64,000 nt of DNA from Thiobacillus denitrificans (GCA_002403375.1 DHHQ01000027.1:142401-206400), one strand, 5' to 3'. Shown: positions 30,367-40,701, counted from the stretch's first letter. A program made the numbers and translations. Notes: generated from the letters alone by a model not told the origin.

Positions 30367-30981
30367 TCACGAATCGCGCGAGGTGGACCGGGTCGCCATC
30401 CCGGCGTTTGAGCCAAGATCCCCGCTGCTCTGGTACCAGAGGTCCGACTCAGGACACCGCCGAAATGGCAGCCTGTTCAGCGGCGCAGGCGAGGTCGTGA
30501 TGTTCCCGCCAAGGCCAGGTACAAATTTGCGCACCTCGACACCCTGGCAAACACCGCGACGAAACTTCATGAAAGTATCGTAATCGCGCCCGGCCTCCGG
30601 GGTGAACATCATGTGAATCGGGCCGCAGTGCTCCCAGGTGCCGCTGGCATTTTGCGCCTGCCAGTACAGCGTCACAGTGACCGGTTCGCCAGCCGGAATG
30701 ACATATTCGTGGAAGGAGCGAGGCATGTCATCAGTCGCTGGCATGCCGATCGTCTTGTTAGGCACAAGATACGAAAAGCCCCCGGCAGCCGCGTGAATAA
30801 CGGGGTGGGTGTCACCGTCGCAGATGTCGCCCAGGTGAAGGTAGGCTGCAGTTCCGTGAAAGACGCGGATTCTCGCCTGCCGTTCTGGAACGTATGCCAG
30901 CGAAGCCGGATCCGGGCTGGCACAAGCTGCAAGCAGGCCAGGGAGAAGCAAGACAACGATCGACCGACCGGCTTGCCGCAA
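30367..30981 (-). CDS. Lipoprotein, candidate immunity or accessory protein 3
   Basis: TTG start MRQAGRSIVVLLLPGLLAAC with lipobox LAAC; four further Cys. Confidence 0.65.
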   Translation of the reverse strand: MRQAGRSIVVLLLPGLLAACASPDPASLAYVPERQARIRVFHGTAAYLHLGDICDGDTHPVIHAAAGGFSYLVPNKTIGMPATDDMPRSFHEYVIPAGEPVTVTLYWQAQNASGTWEHCGPIHMMFTPEAGRDYDTFMKFRRGVCQGVEVRKFVPGLGGNITTSPAPLNRLPFRRCPESDLWYQSSGDLGSNAGMATRSTSRDS

Positions 30982-31132
30982 GACTTGCGGTACAGCGTTG
31001 CCAATTACAGCGACACGCTCACCTCGCACGCAACACATGCTCAGCACGTCGGCTCGGCGCGGACGCACGCTGGACGATTGAAGAGCGGGTTTCGATGACG
31101 ATGCAGAATGAGAGGTCATCTGCACGTCCGCC

Positions 31133-31405
31133 TCATGGGCATTGATAAGGGCTTTCGCTTTCCAGCTCCTTCCCTGTTTGCAGCGAGCGTATCGTGACCA
31201 CCGCCTTGGGGTGGGCTGCGCAGATGCCATTTCTCACCGTGTAAATATGGCGTCCCTGAACGTGAGCCACGGCGTTTATGGCTTTCCCCTCCACATCGAC
31301 CGCTGTTAAGGTGAATTGACCTGTCATGGTCACACACCCGGTCAGCAGCACCACGCCGGACATCATCAACAAAGCAGAATGTTTCAGGTCAGAACGCGTC
31401 ATCAT
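31133..31405 (-). CDS. Small lipoprotein, candidate immunity or accessory protein 2
   Basis: Lipobox LTGC; two further Cys; start overlaps the upstream stop. Confidence 0.75.
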   Translation of the reverse strand: MMTRSDLKHSALLMMSGVVLLTGCVTMTGQFTLTAVDVEGKAINAVAHVQGRHIYTVRNGICAAHPKAVVTIRSLQTGKELESESPYQCP

Positions 31406-31911
31406 GGCCGGCACTCCGGAGGCGGGTTGTCGTAATCCTTTTTCGGGTCATCGCAGGCGGATGGGCTGAAAGCGTGCTTGCGGCAGTACTCTCGATCGGT
31501 CTTGAGCCTGCAGTACCAGCTGTTCAGGCGGCGCTCAACACTGCGCTCGGGAATGGCGGTGTTGGGCTGGCAGGCAGGATAGGTCTTGTATTTAGGGAAT
31601 TTCCTGCAGGATTGCTCAACGCTGTCCCATCTCGCGACAAATCCTGATTTTTCCATGCATGCTGACACCATGAATGCATAGCTGAGCTGTTCGTCGAGTG
31701 TTTTGAGCCCTAATGCCTTTTCATACATAAAACCCGTAACAGCGTAATGCGGCGCACCGCACTCAAGCATAGCCTTCTTAACATCAATCTGGCTCAAGCC
31801 AGGTTTCATCCACTTTTCGTACGCTTCGGGAGCGGGTTTGTCTATGTTATGGATGCTGTATCCACCGCAACCGGATAGAACCAACATAGCAATTACAACC
31901 GATCGATTCAT
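31402..31911 (-). CDS. Cys-rich lipoprotein, candidate cognate immunity protein
   Basis: Lipobox LSGC; eight further Cys; ATGA overlap with the TpsA stop. Confidence 0.8.
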   Translation of the reverse strand: MNRSVVIAMLVLSGCGGYSIHNIDKPAPEAYEKWMKPGLSQIDVKKAMLECGAPHYAVTGFMYEKALGLKTLDEQLSYAFMVSACMEKSGFVARWDSVEQSCRKFPKYKTYPACQPNTAIPERSVERRLNSWYCRLKTDREYCRKHAFSPSACDDPKKDYDNPPPECRP

Positions 31912-34900
31912 GGTTTTCCTCCATTCTGGGCTGCTGGTTTGGACGGCACCTCAATGGTTTTGGGTGAGCCATAGCTCCCTTTGCAGCCTTCAGGGTCCAC
32001 CGCACCTGTCCCATAACAACTATGCACCGTGGGCGCATCGCCGAAGATCCGCCACCATTCGTTCAGCCGGCTGCTCTCGGCCGGGCGCTGGTCGTAAGTC
32101 GCCGGGTTGTTACCAATCAGGCCGCCCACGAAGTCGTCCGCATGATTCTGCAACAGCACCACCGAATGATTTCCGTTGCTCATGGCATCGAGCAGGGTGG
32201 CGGCATCTTGTGCATCGTAGGCCGGGCCCACGAATTTGATCTCGGTGTTCGCCAGCACGCCGCTGGATCCGGCCTCGCCAGCTAGGGACTCCATCGCGTT
32301 CCCGATGGTCATTGCACCGCGGCTGTGGCCCACCAGGTTGAGCCCGTCGGCTCCATACTGCCCCATCAGATTTTTTATCTCCTGGGTGGCGTTCGCAAGG
32401 TCGCCAACGCCACCTTCCAGAAATTTCTGGTAACCCGCAACCATCAGTTCGGAAATAGCGTTGTCGGCCTCGGGATAGTAGACAAGATAAACATCCTGGC
32501 CGGGAGGCAGCTCGCTCATCTGCACGGCATACCCGCCCGCTGCGGCCTCGTCGTTGAAGATGCCATTGGTGAAAACGTTCAGCCTCTCTCCGGCTTCGGG
32601 CTTGAGCGCACCCTTTTCGGTATCGGAGAGTTCAGTCATGACCGGTTTGCCGTCTTCACCCTTTACGACCTCACCCGTTTCCGCGTCACGTACCACCCTA
32701 TATATTTTCGCCTTCTCCAGGAAGGAGACGCGGTAGGCCTCGTCACTGAACTTAACCGCTTCCTTGAACGTCGCCTCCTTGATTGACCTCTCGGCCTCGA
32801 CGATCTGTCTCATTGCCTCGACGTCCTGTCGTTCCGCGACAGTATGCGCGTTAGCCGTGTCACGGTTCAGCCTGGCAATGGCTTCTTCCGCGGTATGGCC
32901 AGTCTGTTCAAGCTGTTGCGCCTCGTCGGTAATACGAACAGAGCCACTGCTGATAGCCGCCAGCGTCTGGCCGCTACTGCTGCCCGATTCGTTGGCATTG
33001 TTCAGTCCAGTCCCAATAGCCGCTTTGGCAGCACCGTATTTGCCCTGCGTGGCCATGCTGCTATCCAGGCTGATGCCGCTCGATTTAGCACTGGCGTCCG
33101 CGCGGTTCTGAATATCGCTGGTAGTGAGCGTTCCAGTAATGAGGCTGTTCCTGCCTTGGTGAACGGCAACTTGGGTGGATTCGATCACCGCTCCCTTGAG
33201 GTCGGTGTTGCCGCTCACGACAATATCGAAGCCGCCGTCGCCCGCCTTGATGCCGGACTGCTCGACGACGCTGGCGTGGTCACCGTGAACTTTGCTCTTG
33301 CTCGCGCTGACACTGCCGCTGACGCCGGCGCCGATGGTGACGCTGCCGCCGACGTTCTGCTGTTTGCTGTCGTAGCGACTGGTGTCCTGCAGGCTTTCGA
33401 TGGCGAGGTTGCCCCCGACATCGGCGACGACCTGGTTGCCGCTGGCGACCGCGCCCTTGAGGATGGTGTCGCCACCGCTTTTCAGGCTGAGCTGGTTGCC
33501 GGCTTCGACATGGGTGTTGGTATAGCTCACGTCGCTGCCGTCGGCGTTGCCACGGCCTTTGCTTCCGCTTGCGGTCACGCCGAAGCCGTTGGTGCCAAAG
33601 CTAACACCAATGCTGGCACTGCTGCTCTCGTTGGTGCTGTGCTGGTCCGCGGTATTTTGGGCGGCGAGGAGTTGGACTTCGTCGTCCGCCTGAAGGCTGA
33701 CGTTGTTGCCCGCGCTGATGGCGCTGCCCTGGGCGGTGAGGTCGCTGGCCTCGCCTGCGCCAGTGGCACGGATGTCGACGTTGCCGGCCGCGGCGACGGT
33801 CGAGCCCTGCGCGGTGCTTGCGGCCTGTACGCTGTTGCTCTTGCTCCGGCTTCCGCCGACGCTGATGCTGACGTTGATGCCGCCGGCTTGCTGGGCCAGG
33901 CTGGCACTCTCGATCGCCCGGCCGGCCTGGGTGGCGTCGTAGGCATCTTTTGCGGCCAGCGCGGCGGTGCCGCCGGCGAGCGCCCGCATCCGCGGGTCGT
34001 CCGTATGGCCGGCGGCATTCCGCATCTCTTGCGCGGTCTGCGCGGCGGAGATGACGGGGCTGGACAGGGCGACGGTGAGGCCGCTTTGCTCGAAACGGGT
34101 TTCATTCTCGCTGCGGCCGGCATTCTGCGCCTCCACGATATCGACGCGTTGCGCTGCGATCGCGATATCGCCCTGCGGAGCCAGCACGCTGCTGCCGGTC
34201 TGGGTGTAGGCGTCACCGGCCCGGATCTCGACATTGCCCCGGGTGCTTCCCACCGTGCTGGCAGCGGCGTAGGTGGAAACGCTGTCGGCGGTTTGCGTGG
34301 TCCGCAGGTTACCGTAGGTGATCGACAGGCCACCGCTGGTGAAGAGCCCTGACTTCTGCTTGTCCGCAAAATGCGTCGCGCTGCGTGTCTCGGTAGCGGT
34401 TGCAATCGCCACATCGTTGCCCGCCACCAGCCGGGTATCTGCATCCGACACGACATTGCTGCCGGCGACCCGGATGTCGCGGCCGGCTTGGAGATCGATG
34501 CTGTCAGCGCTGAAGGTGGACGCCACCGCCACGGTGTCGCGCGTCTCGTCCAGATTGGTCGTGGTGGTGGAGGAAAGGAAACCGCTCTTGGTGGCGTGAC
34601 GCGCCTCACTCCAGTTCTGGCTGGCCTCGCCTGACTCGATGCGCAGGTCGCGGCCCACCGTGGCCTGAACCGCCCCGTTTTCGCTGTTCACCTGCGCCGC
34701 GCGGGCGGCGAGGTCCTGTCCGGCGGAGAGCGTCACGTCGCCCCGGGTCTGGATGACCGTGCCGACTTCCCACGTGCTGCCCTGTTTGAGATGGTTTTTC
34801 GCATCCCACACGACGTTGTCCTGTTGGCCGGTGGTGACGGTGGCGAGGTTCAGATCGTTGCCGGCCTGGACCAGGGTCTGGCCGTCCGCGCCGCTGTTGG

Positions 34901-37900
34901 CGATGACGGCGGCGGCGAGGGTGACGTCGCGGCCGGCGGATGCGACGAGCACGCCGGCGGGGCCGCTGACGTAGAGGCCGGCGACGCGTTCGACGCCGGT
35001 GCGGGTGAAGCTGCTCTGGCCAGCCGTGTTCTCGCTGTCGCGGGTAGTGGTCACCACATTGATATCGCGCCCGGCGATGGCGGTCAGGCGGTCGGTGGCG
35101 TCGACGGTGCCGCCGAGGTTGTCGATATCCTGCTGCGCCATCAGGGCGACATCGCTGCCGCTGATGCGGCCGCCCAGATTTCGGATATTGGCGGCATCAA
35201 TTCTTACCAGCTGTCGTCCGGCGAGCGTGCCGCTGTTGACGACGTCGCCGGTCAGCTTGAGATTGACCGCGGCGCCCGACAGCAGGCTGCCGGATCCGTC
35301 GATGTCACCCGGCCGCACGCGGACGTAGACCTGCGGCACCAGCACGTTCTCGCTGCGGCCATCGGGCAGGGTCACCTGCTCCGCGACCAGCCACACGATG
35401 TCGCTGGTCAGCTGTGCGATCTGCGCGTCGGTGAGCGCCACGCCGGGGATCAGGTTCCATTCCTGCGCATAGGTCAGGCCGGCGTCCATCAGCGCGCGGT
35501 ATTGCGCTTCGTCGTCGGCGTACCCGTCGAGGAAGCGGCGGCCGGTGAGCTGCGCCACCTGCTCGCGGATCAGGCGCTGTTCGTAGAAGCCGTCTCCCAG
35601 CCGCTTTTGCATGAAGGTGGGGTCCATCCCGAGCTGTCCGAGCAGGTAGTCGGAACTGAGCCAGGTGCGGTAATCGGCAAAGCGCGGATCGGTTTCGATC
35701 AGGTAGCCCGCCGTGGGGTCGGGGCTCGGCTGGAACAGCGCGTTACCGGGCAGCGCGACGGGGGCAATGGCGCCGATCGCGGCTGGGCCGCTGGCGTCGG
35801 CGAGAGTGGTGCCGCTGCCAGCGGGTGCGGTGTTCTGCGCCAGTTGCGCGGTGGGCAGGTCGTAGGGGGTGCCGTAAGTCGGAGCAGGGTTATAGGCGGT
35901 GACGGGATCCCACCTGCGGCAATGCTTGTTGCCAAAAGTGCCGCAGGATTCGACATGGGTAAATTGCGCGGTGCCCGCGTAGGTTGTGATGTCCTGCCCC
36001 TGGGTGGCCAGGTTGGCGACACTGGCGCCGCCAAGGTCGAGCAGGCCGCCTGCCACGATGTGGCTGTCCTGGTTGAGGACGCTGCCGCCGGTCAGAACCA
36101 TACCCCCGCCCGAAAGCAATTGGCCGGGCTGGGTGTAGAGCACTTCGGTATGCGAAGGCGCGGAAGTGACCTTGAACCAGGTGTAGTCCTCGAAGGTGCC
36201 GGGGTAGCCTGTGCAACCGTTCTTGTCCTGGCCGCCGCCGATGCCCCAGCAATCGGAGATGGGATAGCTGGTGGCGCTCCCCCAGGGCTGTACGCGCTCC
36301 TCGTAGGTGGCGGGGTCGTTGACCTGCTGGGTGACGAGATGGGCGTTCAGGTTGCGCAGCTCAAGCGCGTCGATCGTGAGCGTGCCCAGCGCTTCGACGG
36401 TGGCGCCGGTGTTGACGACCAAGCTCGCTTCGCCGGTGGCCTGCCGGTTGGCGTCCAGCGCGCCGCCGATGGCGAGGTCTCCAGCGCTGAAGATCAGCGC
36501 TTTGTCCTGGTTGGTCAGGGTTTCTACACCGATGTCGAGGCGATCCCGGCCAGCGATGACGGCACCTACGCCGTTTTCCGAGGTGTTGTTGAGCGTGGTG
36601 GCGGCGATCGCCAGGTGGTCGCCGAAGATGCGTCCGGTGCCGAGATTGTCGAGGGTGCCGGAGATGACGAGTGTTTCGCCGCCATCGACGAAGCCGCGGT
36701 TGACGAGCACACCGGTTGCAGAGAGCGTGGTGGCGGCAGCACTGAATTCACCGGCGGCGGTATTGTCGATCGCGGCTGCGGAAACGGCGAGCGCACTGCC
36801 TGCCAGCATCTGCGCCTGGTTGGTGAGCGTGCCGGCGGTTTCGAACACGGCGTTGCCGTTGGCAATGAGTTCGCCGCTGTTGACGTAGTCGCTGGTGAGC
36901 CGGACGTCGAGATTGCCTTGCGACAACAGGCTGCCGTCGCCGGCGAGGCTCGCGGCGTTCACCTGCAAAAGCTCCCCGGCGATGAGGGTGCCCGAGCTGT
37001 TGGTGATGACGAGCGTTCTGGCGGTGGGGGCGGCATCCAGCAGCGCGAGGGTGCCACTCGCAGCCATGTAGCCTTGCGTGTTGTCGAGCGTGCCGCTGCT
37101 GGTGAGGGAAAGTACGCCATCGGCGTTGATCGTGCCGGAAGTGTTGTCGATCCGGTTGGCGTGGATGGCGACCGCGCCTGCCTGAATGCCCTGGTCTGCG
37201 CCCTGTGTGCTGCGGTTGTCGAGCGTGTCGGCCTGGATGTTGAGCGTGCCGCCTGCGTTCAGCAGGGCGCCGCGGTTGTCGATGCTGTGCGCGCTGAGGC
37301 TGAGATCGGCTCCGGCTGCCAGCACCCCCGCGTTGCTCAGGTCGGTGCTGCTTAGCACGGCGTGGTTCTGCCCGATGAGCGTGCCGCTGTTGGTCAGGCC
37401 GCCGCTAGTGATTTTGATGCTGGCAGCGCTGGTGATCTGTCCGCTGTTTTGCAGGCGGCCGTCGGCGGTGATGACGACATCGCCTGCCGAGGCGCCGATC
37501 TGGCCGGCGGTGCGGACCCCCACGCCAGCCTCGGTGCCGACCAGTGTGATCTTGCGGGCGTACATGCCGCCGAGTGCGGCTACGTCGATCGACACGGTGG
37601 GGGCGGTGCCGCTGCCGTCGATCGGGGTCGCCGCGGCGTTGGTGGCATCGACCTGGTTGGTGCCCGTAGTCACTGCGAGCTGCTGCGCCCAGATGCCGGC
37701 GTTGACCTCCACGGCGCGCGCGATGAGGTCGGTGTAGTCGGTCTGGCTCGCGTCAAGGCCGGCGCCTTGCACGGTGATCTGGCCACGTTGCACGCGATAG
37801 CCGTCTAGGCTGCCGCCATTCAGGATGGGCGTGCCGGTAGTGAGGGTGGCGCGGCTGGCGTTGATGAACCCGCAGCCGTCGCAGGTGATGCCGGCAGGGT

Positions 37901-38453
37901 TGGCGATGACCACCTGGGCGCGGCTGCCGCCGACTTCGATGTAGCCCAGCAGCTGGCTGGGGTTGGCGGAATTCACTTCGTTCAGGATGACGCGCGCGCT
38001 GCCGCCGGCCAGATACGGGTTGCCCTGGACCCAGCCGCCCAGCTGGGTGGACGCGTTGGTCACGGCGTTGTTGAGGATGACACCCTGCCGGTCGACATCG
38101 AACTGGCTGTAGAGGTTGCGCGACACACCCGCCGCGCTGGGCGTCTGGATGTTGACCAGCGGCACGCCATTTGCGGCCTGGGTGACGATCGGTTGCTGAT
38201 TGCCGGGCGCGCCCGGATCGGCAACGATTTGCGCATCGGCGGGCTGGCTCAGGACAGCGACCATGCCCAGGGCGGCCAGCAGGCGAAAGGCCAGCGGATG
38301 CAAGCTTGCGCTCATGGCCGCTGAAGGCCAGCTGGAAGGCGCCGGGCCGGCCGCGGTACCGGCGACTTTGCTCCGGCTCACGGCGATTTCGGAAACGGCC
38401 ATCAGCTGATTGCGGGCCGGGTTGAAGACGAGACGATGGCGATTCTTGTTCAT
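31908..38453 (-). CDS. Filamentous haemagglutinin-like TpsA (CdiA-like) exoprotein with C-terminal alpha/beta-hydrolase domain
   Basis: Extended signal peptide MNKNRHRLVFN, TPS domain NPAGITCDGCGFINA, haemagglutinin repeats, RLGDGFYEQRL, C-terminal GHSRG. Confidence 0.92.
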   Translation of the reverse strand: MNKNRHRLVFNPARNQLMAVSEIAVSRSKVAGTAAGPAPSSWPSAAMSASLHPLAFRLLAALGMVAVLSQPADAQIVADPGAPGNQQPIVTQAANGVPLVNIQTPSAAGVSRNLYSQFDVDRQGVILNNAVTNASTQLGGWVQGNPYLAGGSARVILNEVNSANPSQLLGYIEVGGSRAQVVIANPAGITCDGCGFINASRATLTTGTPILNGGSLDGYRVQRGQITVQGAGLDASQTDYTDLIARAVEVNAGIWAQQLAVTTGTNQVDATNAAATPIDGSGTAPTVSIDVAALGGMYARKITLVGTEAGVGVRTAGQIGASAGDVVITADGRLQNSGQITSAASIKITSGGLTNSGTLIGQNHAVLSSTDLSNAGVLAAGADLSLSAHSIDNRGALLNAGGTLNIQADTLDNRSTQGADQGIQAGAVAIHANRIDNTSGTINADGVLSLTSSGTLDNTQGYMAASGTLALLDAAPTARTLVITNSSGTLIAGELLQVNAASLAGDGSLLSQGNLDVRLTSDYVNSGELIANGNAVFETAGTLTNQAQMLAGSALAVSAAAIDNTAAGEFSAAATTLSATGVLVNRGFVDGGETLVISGTLDNLGTGRIFGDHLAIAATTLNNTSENGVGAVIAGRDRLDIGVETLTNQDKALIFSAGDLAIGGALDANRQATGEASLVVNTGATVEALGTLTIDALELRNLNAHLVTQQVNDPATYEERVQPWGSATSYPISDCWGIGGGQDKNGCTGYPGTFEDYTWFKVTSAPSHTEVLYTQPGQLLSGGGMVLTGGSVLNQDSHIVAGGLLDLGGASVANLATQGQDITTYAGTAQFTHVESCGTFGNKHCRRWDPVTAYNPAPTYGTPYDLPTAQLAQNTAPAGSGTTLADASGPAAIGAIAPVALPGNALFQPSPDPTAGYLIETDPRFADYRTWLSSDYLLGQLGMDPTFMQKRLGDGFYEQRLIREQVAQLTGRRFLDGYADDEAQYRALMDAGLTYAQEWNLIPGVALTDAQIAQLTSDIVWLVAEQVTLPDGRSENVLVPQVYVRVRPGDIDGSGSLLSGAAVNLKLTGDVVNSGTLAGRQLVRIDAANIRNLGGRISGSDVALMAQQDIDNLGGTVDATDRLTAIAGRDINVVTTTRDSENTAGQSSFTRTGVERVAGLYVSGPAGVLVASAGRDVTLAAAVIANSGADGQTLVQAGNDLNLATVTTGQQDNVVWDAKNHLKQGSTWEVGTVIQTRGDVTLSAGQDLAARAAQVNSENGAVQATVGRDLRIESGEASQNWSEARHATKSGFLSSTTTTNLDETRDTVAVASTFSADSIDLQAGRDIRVAGSNVVSDADTRLVAGNDVAIATATETRSATHFADKQKSGLFTSGGLSITYGNLRTTQTADSVSTYAAASTVGSTRGNVEIRAGDAYTQTGSSVLAPQGDIAIAAQRVDIVEAQNAGRSENETRFEQSGLTVALSSPVISAAQTAQEMRNAAGHTDDPRMRALAGGTAALAAKDAYDATQAGRAIESASLAQQAGGINVSISVGGSRSKSNSVQAASTAQGSTVAAAGNVDIRATGAGEASDLTAQGSAISAGNNVSLQADDEVQLLAAQNTADQHSTNESSSASIGVSFGTNGFGVTASGSKGRGNADGSDVSYTNTHVEAGNQLSLKSGGDTILKGAVASGNQVVADVGGNLAIESLQDTSRYDSKQQNVGGSVTIGAGVSGSVSASKSKVHGDHASVVEQSGIKAGDGGFDIVVSGNTDLKGAVIESTQVAVHQGRNSLITGTLTTSDIQNRADASAKSSGISLDSSMATQGKYGAAKAAIGTGLNNANESGSSSGQTLAAISSGSVRITDEAQQLEQTGHTAEEAIARLNRDTANAHTVAERQDVEAMRQIVEAERSIKEATFKEAVKFSDEAYRVSFLEKAKIYRVVRDAETGEVVKGEDGKPVMTELSDTEKGALKPEAGERLNVFTNGIFNDEAAAGGYAVQMSELPPGQDVYLVYYPEADNAISELMVAGYQKFLEGGVGDLANATQEIKNLMGQYGADGLNLVGHSRGAMTIGNAMESLAGEAGSSGVLANTEIKFVGPAYDAQDAATLLDAMSNGNHSVVLLQNHADDFVGGLIGNNPATYDQRPAESSRLNEWWRIFGDAPTVHSCYGTGAVDPEGCKGSYGSPKTIEVPSKPAAQNGGKP

Positions 38454-38461
38454 GTTATGTC

Positions 38462-40192
38462 TCAGAATGACGCGTTGAGATTGAAGCCTGTCGTGGTGTC
38501 AGCCGTCTTGAAGCCTTCCGGCTTGCTGAGCGGTTGCCCGGCGAAAATGTCGTAGCTGAAGCGTTTGTAGCCGCCGCGCAGCCCCAGCACCACGCCAGCC
38601 AGCCGTTTTCCGGCGAGGAATGCGGACGACGGCCCGCTCACTTCGCCGTAGTCGGCGCCCAGATAAAGCGCCTGACCGCTTCCTCCCAGGGCCAGCCCCA
38701 GGTCATTGCGGATCAGCCAGCCACGATCGGCAGACAGCAGGTTCTCTCCGTCGAATCCCCGCACCGCGTAGCGCCCGCCAATCGCGAACCGGTCCTGCGG
38801 CACCAGCGGCGTGCGATTCCATTGGGCGCGCCACGCCAGGCCGTAGTGGAGCGACTGGTCGCCGACCTTGAATGGCAGGGCAAGGTGAGCGTCGGCCGTG
38901 ACGAGCTTGAGGCGCGAGGCGCCCGCCCCGACGGCCTCCTCGGGGGCAGGCAGGGCGTCCATCGCGCCGGTCCCGCGACGGTAGGCGAGGTTCAGGTCGA
39001 GCGCGGCCGGGCCGATGAATTCACGGTGCCCGACGCCCGCCTCCCACCCCGAGGTGCGGCGGCGCTGAATTTCGATTTCGGTGTCGTCGATGAAGTTTTT
39101 CGAGGCGCGCGTCCAGCCGCGCATGGAGAGGGTGGTCTTGCGCACCGCATCGCGGTAGACCAGGCGCGAAAGCCTGACGTCGTTGGTCTGGCTTTCGCCG
39201 CTGAATCGATAGGTTTGGTTGATGCCGGCAACCGACTGGCGGTAGGTGTGATCGTTGGCTGTCAGCCCCAGCAGCCAGTATCCATAGGGGAGCGAATAGT
39301 GTCCGGTCCGGCTGCGGGTGCCGTTGTCGCCGGTTTCGCCGCCGCCCAGGTCGCGATTGAGGCTCAGATAGAACAGGTCGTTCAGTTTCAGCATGTGGTC
39401 AAAGGCCACGGTGACGCCGCCGAGATACTGGCCAGTGGACTTGCTGCCTGAATCGTCCGCGGACAGAGTGAGCCGGAATGGAAAATCCTGTTTCCAGCGG
39501 ATGATGATGTCGCTCTCGCCAGGCTGCTCTCCAGGCTCGATCTGGATATCGGCATCGGCGGTGGGAAGGCGCTTGAAGTTTTCCAGGCTCTGCTCGATGT
39601 CGCGCAGGTTCAGCAGGTCGCCAGGGCGGGCGGGAATGGCGTTCCACAGGGCCGCCCTCTCATCGGTTCCCTCGGCAAAACGGATCGCGCGAATGCGCCC
39701 CGGAATGAGCGTCATAACCAGATTGCCGGTCCGGAGATCCTGCGGCTCGGCCAGCACGCGGCTCGTCACGAAGCCCCGTGCAATGATGGCGTTCTGGATG
39801 CGCCGCATCACCAGATTGATGCCGCTTGCACCCAGGCAACGGTCGACAGCCGGGTCGTCCTCTGGATTGGCTGCGCCAAGCGCCCACTGGAAGCGTTCCG
39901 AGAGTTCACCCTTGAGCACGATGCGGTGAATAGGAAAACAGGGCGTTTCGCCTATCGGGATGCGTTGCCGGGCAAGCTCGACTTCGGGCCTTTGCAGGCG
40001 CACGTCGGGAGTACGTTGCAGCTGTTCGCGCAGCACGCGCTCCCGCTCGATCTGTCGCAGCCGCTCCTCCTCTACGGACGTTGGTTCGACCGCCAGGACC
40101 GGGACCGGCAGGGCCAGACAGCCTGCCGCCAAGCAAAACGCGAGAAAGCACTCACTTTTCATTGTCGTTGGATCTGGACTGATCAAGTTCAC
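38462..40192 (-). CDS. TpsB (ShlB/FhaC/CdiB family) outer-membrane transporter
   Basis: POTRA-like region (GFVTSRV, LNLRDIEQ), VRGF motif, terminal Phe. Confidence 0.93.
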   Translation of the reverse strand: MNLISPDPTTMKSECFLAFCLAAGCLALPVPVLAVEPTSVEEERLRQIERERVLREQLQRTPDVRLQRPEVELARQRIPIGETPCFPIHRIVLKGELSERFQWALGAANPEDDPAVDRCLGASGINLVMRRIQNAIIARGFVTSRVLAEPQDLRTGNLVMTLIPGRIRAIRFAEGTDERAALWNAIPARPGDLLNLRDIEQSLENFKRLPTADADIQIEPGEQPGESDIIIRWKQDFPFRLTLSADDSGSKSTGQYLGGVTVAFDHMLKLNDLFYLSLNRDLGGGETGDNGTRSRTGHYSLPYGYWLLGLTANDHTYRQSVAGINQTYRFSGESQTNDVRLSRLVYRDAVRKTTLSMRGWTRASKNFIDDTEIEIQRRRTSGWEAGVGHREFIGPAALDLNLAYRRGTGAMDALPAPEEAVGAGASRLKLVTADAHLALPFKVGDQSLHYGLAWRAQWNRTPLVPQDRFAIGGRYAVRGFDGENLLSADRGWLIRNDLGLALGGSGQALYLGADYGEVSGPSSAFLAGKRLAGVVLGLRGGYKRFSYDIFAGQPLSKPEGFKTADTTTGFNLNASF

Positions 40193-40701
40193 TTGCCGCC
40201 ACGGCCCCGGCGGTACAAAAGTCCTTTTCAGATCTCGTCGTCGTGTCGGGTGAACACATCTGGCGGGTCGGGGGCATCACGGCCAAGAATCCCAGCGACA
40301 GCCGAACCAGGCTGCTGCCTACCTCCTCTGTGGCTGGCGCCCCCGCTGCCTTCCGGATTTGCTGCGCCGACCGAAGTTCGATTCATCGTCATGTGGCACT
40401 CCCTTGCCGTCGTTTTTTCTTGTCATGCCGGTGCCCCGGCCTTTTCGTAGCCTGCACAAGGGATCCGCGACGGTCTATACAACTTTAGTTGAATACAAAT
40501 CTAATCCACTGATTTACTTATTGTTTTTTCTGCCGGGCGCAAACACCCAGCAGGAGACCCCCGGATCGCCCGTCATCCCCGTCCGGTCTCGACGAGACTG
40601 CCATACAGCCGTGCTGTGACTTGCCAGCTACCGAGCAACGCCAGCCGCCGCCCATCCTCCATAGCGCGTTACAATCGCGGGGCTTTTTCCCGACCGCCCC
40701 C

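Noticed and set aside
30362-40575. GCCCGTCA at both sides of the TPS island (30362 and 40568) as attachment sites
   Set aside because: An 8-bp GC-rich match is expected by chance; there is no integrase or tRNA
40621-40701. Pro-rich in-frame extension upstream of mgtE as an MgtL-like leader
   Set aside because: It is in frame with mgtE without its own stop, and has a TTG start with no RBS
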